Shown: one piece after another, positions 19,006 to 26,792 of the stretch
How the letters are laid out: every line of letters starts with the position of its first letter
Position numbering within the stretch: position 1 is the first letter of the stretch
Assembly: GCF_000020025.1 (NCBI RefSeq)
Contig: NC_010628.1
Coordinates: 5,250,001-5,282,000 of the forward strand
From: Nostoc punctiforme PCC 73102
Lineage (GTDB): Bacteria > Cyanobacteriota > Cyanobacteriia > Cyanobacteriales > Nostocaceae
DNA length: 32,000 nt
Direction of reading: 5' to 3'
The notes under the pieces: model-generated
Told to the model about the DNA's origin: nothing
Databases searched by the model: none
What the model saw: the letters and a program-made list of their open reading frames with translations, nothing else
Program-made: the position numbers and the translations under genes

Positions 19006-19758
19006 TTAACTGCAGGTAGCAGCTGAAGCCGAGTTAACCCTTGTTAAATCGCCAGTGAATACTGCTGTGTATATATAAGGTGATGGACCAGAGCAAGTCA
19101 TGGAGTTGGTATTAGTGCGGCGGGGAGTCCACCATGACTTTGCTTGCACAGTTAAATTTGTGCCATCCCATGATAGGCTTCTGACAACTAAAGAGTTTGT
19201 ATTTCCATTATCCGCCTTTTTAGCAGATAAAAATGTAGCATAATAAACCTCGCCATTGGCTGGATTAATCCGGGCTATAACTGCGACTTTTGGCCCGCCT
19301 CCACTACCATAGCTAGACAACCAGCGCCCAGTTGCAAAGCGCCGAAAATCATTACCAGGCTGACTGCCAGTGGAAGAGTAAACTCCGTATAAAAAATTCC
19401 CCCCACTCCAATATAAACCGTAGCCTGTACCGTCATCATTTGTTGTTTCGTAATCAGTCCTACACCATATTCTCATACCATTATTAAAACGGATAGTTAT
19501 AGGGTTTTTGTTATTAGATGAGACTTGCTGATAACCAATGTAAAAGGCTGAACTTCCACTAACTACTCTGGGGCCATTTTGGGCTTTGATTTTCGCTTCA
19601 CTGTCATTGCAACTAAATGTCACAGCATTCCCAATAGATGAATTTACTATTTCGGCAGAAGCTGGAGGGACTTTTTGTGCGATTACCAAATCAGCTACTA
19701 ATACGACAGATAAAGAGAAACTGGCCAAAGACTTCTGAAATTTTTTAGAATAAACCAT
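19006..19758 (-). CDS. Hypothetical secreted protein, four Cys, no family recognised
   Basis: Preferred start is the Met at 19758 (MVYSKKFQKSLASFSLSVVLVADLVIAQKVPPASA, signal-peptide-like). The tracked extension to 19917 is AT-rich and has no features. The mature part is Gly/Ser/Asn/Tyr-rich with Cys in TFSCND, IWCRTD, MTCSGP and ATCS. Confidence 0.55.
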   Translation of the reverse strand: MVYSKKFQKSLASFSLSVVLVADLVIAQKVPPASAEIVNSSIGNAVTFSCNDSEAKIKAQNGPRVVSGSSAFYIGYQQVSSNNKNPITIRFNNGMRIWCRTDYETTNDDGTGYGLYWSGGNFLYGVYSSTGSQPGNDFRRFATGRWLSSYGSGGGPKVAVIARINPANGEVYYATFLSAKKADNGNTNSLVVRSLSWDGTNLTVQAKSWWTPRRTNTNSMTCSGPSPYIYTAVFTGDLTRVNSASAATCS

Positions 19759-20230
19759 GATAAAAATCTGCCAAGAAATTGTAAGGGAAAAACACCGTAT
19801 CACTATAAACTCTAATGAGAGTTTAGACAAGTAAAATTGTTGAAATTCGCAGATAGCATCATTTTCAGCATCACGAGAAATGATGCTAAACCACAAAATG
19901 CATACAAGAATATGCATGATATTGCATGGTATTAACTGTATATAAATCTTTCTTATCTAAAGAGCATCATTGAATAGATTGATTATCAATTCAGAATCAA
20001 GATCCTCTCTAAGAAATGCTGTGTGGGTACCTTGTTCCCAAAGCTAGACTAGACTTGCGCTTTGTGTCACCACCACATCTATGATTTGGTGAGGGTACAA
20101 AGACTTAATTGATTAAGAAAATTGCAGACTTGCTACTACTGTGATATTCAATTTTTAAGTCAGAATTGAGAATTAATTCTGATTCTTCGCTTTGAATTCT
20201 ATTTAATAAATTGCGACAAATGTTTTTAGA

Positions 20231-20257
20231 GAACAAATAATATTTGTTCCTTTTTTA
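20231..20257 (+). terminator. Terminator-like AT-rich hairpin plus T-run inside the ORF-free gap
   Basis: gaacaaata (20231-20239) pairs with tatttgttc (20241-20249) and is followed by ctttttt. No annotated + strand gene lies upstream. Confidence 0.35.
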
Positions 20258-20878
20258 TCTCTTTTATTAGAAGCTTGGATTCATATTTGAATCCATTGCT
20301 TCGAGTCCAGCCGATCTCAAGTCAGGTTTTTATAGAATATGTGATGTCTGTTTTCGGAGGAGACATAGATATATTCCTTAAATAGGGTTCTAAACTTAGT
20401 TTGGCTTAGTCAAGCTGTTTTCTGGTTCAGTAAAATTCGTGAATAATTTTATTTTTAATAAAACTAATACATTAATCTGGGTAATTTCTCTTAATTCAGA
20501 TATTGAATCTGGTTTTTTGGGCAATTGCTTGTTAGTGATGAATATCGCAATATTAATCATAATGGCTCTATTTCCTCTTATTTTCTCGATGCAGAGCGCG
20601 GAAATAGCTGATTAGAGGCTCTGCCTCCAGTGATACGTTGAGTCAGCAACCTATATGAATGCATTCCCCTACTCCGTATGGGAACGAGCAAAACAGCAAA
20701 ACTTCATCAAGCTAGGTTTTTAGGACTTGTATATACACCCTAGGCTTCTAAACGCTGGGGGACAACTCTACAAAAATTGTGTGTACACTTAAGTTGGCAA
20801 GGAGAGAGTGCGCGACAGCGCAGGTAGGGTATTTTGGGCTAGAGGTTAGGTATTTTTATTGGACTCAACCCAAAAGTG

Positions 20879-21250
20879 CTAGAAATGCTGCTTTACCACG
20901 TCTAAGGGTGAACAATTCCAATAATCAACATGGGAGACAATCAAACCATCAGAGTTAAGACCTAATTCACTCCAACCTGGAATAGAAATCCGTGGCTTCC
21001 AGGGGAGAGGAGTATTCCAACTGAGTGTCCACTCAGTTTTGATTGTGTCTCCTAAACGTTGAATATTATGTAAGTCCATCTTGGGATCTAAAAACCAAGT
21101 TTGGATAAAATTAATCATTTTTTGATAACGTTTAACACCACGAAATTTATTCAGTGGGTCTTGAAAATAAACGTCTGGAGCGTAAATGCTGTAAGTTTGA
21201 TTGATTGGGAATCTTTGATAGTCTTTTTTGAGAATTTCAATGATATCCAT
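20879..21250 (-). CDS. DUF2358-like small protein (NTF2/SnoaL-like fold family found in cyanobacteria and plants)
   Basis: 123-aa ORF: YSIYAPDVYFQDPLNKFRGVKRYQKMI...TEWTLSWNTPLPWKPRISIPGWSEL...HVDYWN. Family assignment is from memory. Confidence 0.55.
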   Translation of the reverse strand: MDIIEILKKDYQRFPINQTYSIYAPDVYFQDPLNKFRGVKRYQKMINFIQTWFLDPKMDLHNIQRLGDTIKTEWTLSWNTPLPWKPRISIPGWSELGLNSDGLIVSHVDYWNCSPLDVVKQHF

Positions 21251-21365
21251 GATAGTCGCTTTATATTCGATGTCCTCGCTGATAGAGGATATCAGGTTTT
21301 TGGCAACTTTTTAGTTTTGGGTACTAAATTCAACACAGTTAAAATAGCGGTTGGGAATCGGGTCT

Positions 21366-21393
21366 ATACAAATAAAACCCGCCTGCGCGGGTT
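21366..21393 (-). terminator. Rho-independent terminator of the 413-aa pentapeptide-repeat gene
   Basis: aacccgc (21376-21382), loop ctgc, gcgggtt (21387-21393). On the minus strand the hairpin is followed by tttatttg. Confidence 0.6.
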
Positions 21394-21496
21394 AAAAAGC
21401 CTTAATTTTCTCTAGTTAGCTGAGGCGGACTTTGTTTCTCGAACTACGTTCGCGTCAGCGTGCCGGAGGCTCTATTCAATTCGCCGGGGCTTTTTA

Positions 21497-22738
21497 TTAA
21501 CGCCAATGTTGGGGTATGTTCAGATTTTCCGGTAGGATTGTTGTGCGATCGCCAAATGCCTGTTCAATCTGCTGTAATTCTAGGTTCTCACATCCGCTCA
21601 AGTTTGCCCTAAAGAGATTAGTTTCTTGGAGGTTGGCATCTTGCAGATTAGCTGTACTGAGTAACACGCCTTCTAAGTTGGCCCCAGCAAGTTTTGCGTT
21701 TTGCAGGTTACTGCCAATCAGGTTTGCATCTTGGAGGTTGCTACCCTCAAAGTTGGCTTCAAAGAGGTTAGCATCACAAAGAATTGCTCCTTCCAAGTTG
21801 GCATCACAAAGAATCGCTCCTACTAAATTAGCATCACAAAGAATTGCCCCTTCCAAGTTGGCATCATAAAAGATTGCCTTCGAGAGGTTTGCTTTTCTGA
21901 GAATTACGCCTTGCAAATTGGCTTCTGGAAGGGTTGCCTTCGAGAGGTTGGCTTCATAGAAGACTGACCCACAAAGATTGGTTATTGATAGGTCTGCCTC
22001 TGAGAGATTTGCTTGTGTAAAATTTACCCATTGTAAGTTAGCTCCTACGAAAATTGCCTTAGAGAGGTTGGCTTCCGTTAAGTCTGCATTACTGAGGTCT
22101 GTATTGCGTAAATCTAGTTTTTGATTTACTGGATCTTTATGTGAATCGCGTCGTCCAATAACAGTTATCGCTGTTTGAATATCTGTAGGAAGTTTTGACG
22201 ATACCTGTAATTCATCCTCATATTTTTGATTTACCGGAGCATTCTCGCGAATAAAAGCAGCAAGAATTTCCATAATTGTCCAATGGTCTTTGGGAGAATC
22301 TTTAGCAATTCGTTCTAAAGCATAAATTGCGGCAAATCGCGTTTCAATTTTTTCATTTCCTAGTTGTTCAATTGCTTTAGAAAAGCGTTCGGGAACAATT
22401 TCTTGGGGAGTTGGTTGCTTGTAATTGATACCAGTTACTATGTCGTTATCCCAAGCTAGTGTCCCAGCAAGGATCTGCATTAACAGGCTCTGATTTTCAT
22501 CCAGAGAGAGTCTGGATGTATAGTAAGCATTAATTATTAATGCTAGCCCTCCAATAATTATCGCAATAGTTGTTAATGCTTGATTGATATATTCTATTTT
22601 GTCTTGGTTTGAAAGCCCTTGAATATTTTCAAATAAGGAAAAGATTAGAGTTAAAGAAAAAATAAATATAACTGAGATAAATACCAGCAAAATCGTGAGC
22701 CCATTTGTCTTTATGAAAGACATGTTATAAGTCTTCAT
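21497..22738 (-). CDS. Membrane-anchored pentapeptide-repeat protein
   Basis: 413 aa with two N-terminal TM helices, a helical segment (FAAIYALERIAKDSPKDHWTIMEILAAFIRE), then about 40 A(D/N)LxX pentapeptides (ANLSKAIFVGANLQWVNFTQANLSEADL...). Confidence 0.87.
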   Translation of the reverse strand: MKTYNMSFIKTNGLTILLVFISVIFIFSLTLIFSLFENIQGLSNQDKIEYINQALTTIAIIIGGLALIINAYYTSRLSLDENQSLLMQILAGTLAWDNDIVTGINYKQPTPQEIVPERFSKAIEQLGNEKIETRFAAIYALERIAKDSPKDHWTIMEILAAFIRENAPVNQKYEDELQVSSKLPTDIQTAITVIGRRDSHKDPVNQKLDLRNTDLSNADLTEANLSKAIFVGANLQWVNFTQANLSEADLSITNLCGSVFYEANLSKATLPEANLQGVILRKANLSKAIFYDANLEGAILCDANLVGAILCDANLEGAILCDANLFEANFEGSNLQDANLIGSNLQNAKLAGANLEGVLLSTANLQDANLQETNLFRANLSGCENLELQQIEQAFGDRTTILPENLNIPQHWR

Positions 22739-23000
22739 ATTTGACTCCTTACGGAAATAAATTTAGGTTGATTTTAAGAGCATCCGTAAATATCTGATAG
22801 CGTACAAACACGGAACTACTTGGCATATACTTAAATCTATTTCATAGAAATTATCTATAAAATATCTGATAACTTATTTTGTAAACATCCTCTGAACAGC
22901 GGTTTTTTTGGCTTGTTTGCTGACATGATGAGTGGATTGCTGTGGATAGGCCCAATTAAACCTCGACTGCGGTGGGTGTTGAAGCTTAGTGCAATCGAGG

Positions 23001-23050
23001 CTTCAGAGGTTGTTTTAAAAGTGTTTCACTGTGAATTTAGACAGGGGGAT
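23001..23050. mobile_element. Truncated copy of the gtttgaaaagtgtttcgctgtgac MITE family
   Basis: cttcagaggttgttttaaaagtgtttcactgtgaatttagacaggggg aligns by eye with 29811-29866 (cttagaggttgtttgaaaagtgtttcgctgtgactttaggcactttcagatccccc). Confidence 0.5.
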
Positions 23051-23062
23051 TTCCGCAATATG

Positions 23063-23770
23063 TTAACGCAAACCTAAAATTTCGGAAATCGCCGTAACAA
23101 TATCCAAATAAAAGTTCCCTTTTACTGCGCGAAACAATTCAAATTTAGAATCAGGGGCACCAAAAAATGGTCTAAGAAACCATCCTAACTGCATACCAAC
23201 AAAGGCATAAAGTAATAACCAGGATCTTAAAATAGTGGTGCGGGTTTTTTTACCGACTTCATCTTGTTGAGAGAGTAATTGCATTCCTTCATATAAAAAT
23301 TTCACACCAAAGATGCCTGTAATACCAAAAATTAGCACATTCAATAGTTTGAAAAATTGATATGAATCTGGTGTAGTGATGAGAAAAAATAGTGTAACTG
23401 GTGCCAAGCTAAATAAAAGTACGCTAATCACTGATACAGATGTGAGTAATACAACGAAATGCTGTAAAACACTGCTCCGAGAACCAAACAAAACATTAAA
23501 AAAGAACAAAGTCGGAAAACAAATAATCAGTGTGATTAAATAGAATACTGGAAGTTTAATCGCACCAGATAATGCCTGTGCCCAACTGTGAGATGCACCA
23601 ATAATTGCTCCATAAAGGGCAAAGAATATAGAACTAGATACAAACAAAGAACTGATTTTATTTTGTAATCTTATTCCCTGACGAATTTCTTCTAAAAAAG
23701 ACTGGCGATCGCGCAGTAAATTAACCAAGACACCAAATTGTTGAATTCCTCGATTTTGCTTTTTCAGCAT
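23063..23770 (-). CDS. Five-TM membrane protein with N-terminal WH2-like motif (paralogue 1)
   Basis: 235 aa. N-terminal LRDRQSFLEEIRQGIRLQNK (nt 23657-23713), then five hydrophobic helices. Roughly 55-60% identical by eye to the adjacent ORF. Confidence 0.8.
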   Translation of the reverse strand: MLKKQNRGIQQFGVLVNLLRDRQSFLEEIRQGIRLQNKISSLFVSSSIFFALYGAIIGASHSWAQALSGAIKLPVFYLITLIICFPTLFFFNVLFGSRSSVLQHFVVLLTSVSVISVLLFSLAPVTLFFLITTPDSYQFFKLLNVLIFGITGIFGVKFLYEGMQLLSQQDEVGKKTRTTILRSWLLLYAFVGMQLGWFLRPFFGAPDSKFELFRAVKGNFYLDIVTAISEILGLR

Positions 23771-23812
23771 AATTTTATAGTTTGTATATTTTGTGAAATT
23801 ACTAATGACTAA

Positions 23813-24517
23813 TTAACGGAATCCAAAGAGATAGCTAAGAGATTTAATGACGCTCAAATAGAAATTACCTTCTCTTTCACGGAATAGTTCAAAGATAGAA
23901 CCCGGTGTACCAAAAAACGGTCTGAGAGTCCATCCTAACTGACTACCTACGAAAGCGTAAAGAAATAGCCAAAATTGCAAAATCTTTTGGCGTGTCTTAC
24001 TACCTTCATCATCTTGTTCTAAAACTAAACTCGTCGCCTGATATAAAGATGAAATACCAATAAATCCAGTTAATGCAAAGATGAATACATTTAACAGAAT
24101 TAAAAATTGGTAATTATTCGTGGTAATCAAGAAAAATAGGGTGATTGGTGCAAAGCTAAATAAAAGTACGCTTGTGACTGAAACCGCAGTTAATACTAAT
24201 GCTAAATGCTGTGCAAAAGTCCGCTTGGAACCAAAAATGATGTTAGCAAAAAACAACGTCGGGATACAAATCAAAAGTGTGATTAAATAAAGGGCTGGGA
24301 GTTTAATGGCAGAAGACAAAGCCTGCATCCAGCTATGGTATGCACCAATTATTCCACCATACGCAGCGAGAAATAAGGAACTGCAAACCAGCAGAGAAAT
24401 GATTTTAGTTGGTAATCTCGTACCTTGGCGAATTTCCTCCAGAAAACCTGGGCGATCGCGCAGGAATCCAATCAGGACTGCAAAGTATTTGATTCCTAAT
24501 GATTTCCGTTCAATCAT
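23813..24517 (-). CDS. Five-TM membrane protein with N-terminal WH2-like motif (paralogue 2)
   Basis: 234 aa. LRDRPGFLEEIRQGTRLPTK (nt 24404-24460), then five hydrophobic helices. It starts 23 nt downstream of the cruP-like gene and is separated from paralogue 1 by 42 nt. Confidence 0.8.
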   Translation of the reverse strand: MIERKSLGIKYFAVLIGFLRDRPGFLEEIRQGTRLPTKIISLLVCSSLFLAAYGGIIGAYHSWMQALSSAIKLPALYLITLLICIPTLFFANIIFGSKRTFAQHLALVLTAVSVTSVLLFSFAPITLFFLITTNNYQFLILLNVFIFALTGFIGISSLYQATSLVLEQDDEGSKTRQKILQFWLFLYAFVGSQLGWTLRPFFGTPGSIFELFREREGNFYLSVIKSLSYLFGFR

Positions 24518-24540
24518 GTTATCCTCACACAGCTAAAATT

Positions 24541-26103
24541 CTAAGTTTCATTTGAGTAATCACCGCCAGAACCATACTTCCAGGCATCAATCAAACGATA
24601 CCAATAATATTGTTGTTCATTTGGTTGATTCTTAATCCATGTTTCTAACATTGGACTCGACCAAAACAAGGCAGTATATACACCTAAATTACCGTAATGT
24701 AACGTCCAATCTAATAAACTTCCTAAACCTACTTGCGGAATGATTTTGGCAACTATTCCCGGATGAGATAAACCAGTTTTTAACAGTGTTTGGGTTAGTG
24801 CTGAAAACTGCACTATATCCTGTAAAAATGGTTTTAACACTGGTGTACCCAACTGTTGCATTTCTTGAAATACTGCCGAGAGGAGTTGGTTAATTTGATC
24901 TGGGGCAATTTTCTGATTTATACCAACACTCATCGCTTTTTGAAACAACCAGGTAACAGTCAGGCTTGGCTGATAGGGTTGCAGCAGTGCTAAAGCTTTT
25001 ACAGATAATTGTTCTGTTTCTAGCGCTTCGTAAATGCCATAAGTTAAACGCTTCAGGTGACGCACCATTGCCCCAAAACCACCAAAACTCAAGGGAGACT
25101 GACTACCACTGCTGTCTCCGGCTGGTAAAATGCGATTCCAAGGGGTTTTGAGAGGACTTTGCCGATAGGTGGGAAAGAAGCCAAATAGCGCTCGTTGAAA
25201 TTTCAGCTTGCTCAATTCCATTCCCTGATATTCTGGTAAGAGACGCAGATATTCTTCAAATAGACCTTCTAAACTCAAACGTTGGGGATGTGCATCCATG
25301 TAGGTAAACAAATAAGTGGTTCTACCATCCCTGGCTGGGAAAGCTTCCCAGAAGTACTGACATTGATTTTGCAAAGGTGTAAATGATAACAACAAGTCGC
25401 CTGAGCTATTTTCCGCAAAACCTTGGGCACAACTTCCGACAACTAAGCACAGCGCGTCTGGTTTTTTGCCTTGGCGTGCTTGTTGGCTGATTGGTGAAAG
25501 ATGTCCCATTGCGTCGATTAATAAACGAGTTTTGAATTGGTTATTTACCATCACCCCATCTGGATGAACCACTGCTTCAGTAAAGGGTGTATTTTCTAAC
25601 AACTTTCCACCCACGGCGAGAAATCGGGTTTTCAATGTAGCCAGGAGATAAACTGGATCTATACCAATATTCAAAACATCTTCTACCCAAACTTCTGTAC
25701 CGCCATCAAAACTAACTCGCGCTGGGTTATATTTAGTGGCGATCGCAGTTTCTAATTCATCCTCAGTCAGCAAGTTTAATTCCACAAACACATCTAATTC
25801 TTTCCGAGAGATATTCCACTCTTGTTCTCTCCCCCGTAAAATACCCCGTTCCATTAACGCTACCCGCAGTCCCTTCACCGCTAAGGCGCAACCAATTAAA
25901 ATACCTAAAGTGCCACCGCAGATCAGCACATCGAAATCGACAACGCCTAAAGGTTGTTGATTTTCTTTAACTAACTGTGGTGCGGGTGCGGAGTTTTCGC
26001 GCAGAGATGTGAGGATGTGATCGCCTTGACGCAACCCTCCTAAAACATCACCTGGTAATTGGGAAAGAATTTCTTCAGTTAAAGACATTTTGGAAAAATT
26101 CAA
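24541..26103 (-). CDS. cruP: CruP-type lycopene-cyclase-family FAD-dependent oxidoreductase
   Basis: 520 aa. FDVLICGGTLGILIGCALAVKGLRVALMERGILRGREQEWNISRKEL (dinucleotide-binding fold plus the REQEWNISRKE block that I recall as characteristic of CruA/CruP proteins and the plant CruP homologue). Confidence 0.68.
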   Translation of the reverse strand: MNFSKMSLTEEILSQLPGDVLGGLRQGDHILTSLRENSAPAPQLVKENQQPLGVVDFDVLICGGTLGILIGCALAVKGLRVALMERGILRGREQEWNISRKELDVFVELNLLTEDELETAIATKYNPARVSFDGGTEVWVEDVLNIGIDPVYLLATLKTRFLAVGGKLLENTPFTEAVVHPDGVMVNNQFKTRLLIDAMGHLSPISQQARQGKKPDALCLVVGSCAQGFAENSSGDLLLSFTPLQNQCQYFWEAFPARDGRTTYLFTYMDAHPQRLSLEGLFEEYLRLLPEYQGMELSKLKFQRALFGFFPTYRQSPLKTPWNRILPAGDSSGSQSPLSFGGFGAMVRHLKRLTYGIYEALETEQLSVKALALLQPYQPSLTVTWLFQKAMSVGINQKIAPDQINQLLSAVFQEMQQLGTPVLKPFLQDIVQFSALTQTLLKTGLSHPGIVAKIIPQVGLGSLLDWTLHYGNLGVYTALFWSSPMLETWIKNQPNEQQYYWYRLIDAWKYGSGGDYSNET

Positions 26104-26191
26104 CTCTACATTCCAAAACTACCTGAGAATGAAGAAAGTAGATATGATCGTGACACTCCCACCCGTCCCTTGAGGAACTGGAGACATAAGT

Positions 26192-26761
26192 ATGTCCACT
26201 ACAAAACCTGTAGAACGTCTGTATACTTTTAAGGAATATCTCACCTACGATGATGGCACTGATAAGCGCTATGAACTTGAGGATGGGGTACTCCTAGAAA
26301 TGCCTCCAGCCTCAGATTTGCATGAAGCTATCATTACTTTCTTGTTGATCCGCTTCTATTTGGAAATCCAACGACTAGGGTTAGACTGGCAAGTTCGCCC
26401 TAGCGGTACTGGCGTTCGTACCTCCGTCAAAAAATCCCGTCTCCCTGATTTAATTGTGATGACTGAAGAACAGCGACAATCTATTCAGGGTAAATGGGCG
26501 GTGCTTGAGTTACCTCCACTGTTGACAATAGAAGTGGTTAGCACTGAGTCTGTGAAGCGAGATTATCAAAGGAAACCACTTGAGTATGCAGCCTTTTCTA
26601 TCCCTGAATACTGGATTGTTGATCCTCTGGAAGCAAAGGTGACAGTCTGCTTGTTGAATCAGGGACGTTATAACCAAACAGTATTCACAGGAAACCAGCA
26701 AATATATTCTCCGACTTTCCCTGAGTTAGCACTGACAGCCCAGCAGGTATTAACGGCTTAG
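26192..26761 (+). CDS. Uma2 family (DUF820) PD-(D/E)XK endonuclease
   Basis: 189 aa: YELEDGVLLEMPPASDLHEAI, PDLIVM, LTIEVVSTES..DYQRKPLEYAAFSIPEYWIVDP, the family's catalytic-core layout. Confidence 0.85.
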   Translation: MSTTKPVERLYTFKEYLTYDDGTDKRYELEDGVLLEMPPASDLHEAIITFLLIRFYLEIQRLGLDWQVRPSGTGVRTSVKKSRLPDLIVMTEEQRQSIQGKWAVLELPPLLTIEVVSTESVKRDYQRKPLEYAAFSIPEYWIVDPLEAKVTVCLLNQGRYNQTVFTGNQQIYSPTFPELALTAQQVLTA

Positions 26762-26792
26762 GGGGTTTTTATTCAAAAGACCTCACGTTAAA

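Noticed and set aside
19759-19917. 53-codon 5' extension of the secreted-protein ORF
   Set aside because: The extension is AT-rich with rare-looking composition. A signal-peptide-like sequence starts exactly at the internal Met (19758).
21101-21869. + strand ORFs 21101-21415 and 21516-21869
   Set aside because: The first is antisense to the DUF2358-like gene and runs through the terminator hairpin. The second is the antisense reading of the pentapeptide repeats (periodic LAS/KLAS), a known artefact of such repeats.
24306-25960. + strand ORFs 24306-24536, 24966-25151 and 25736-25960
   Set aside because: They are antisense to the WH2-membrane and cruP-like genes and have no independent signals.
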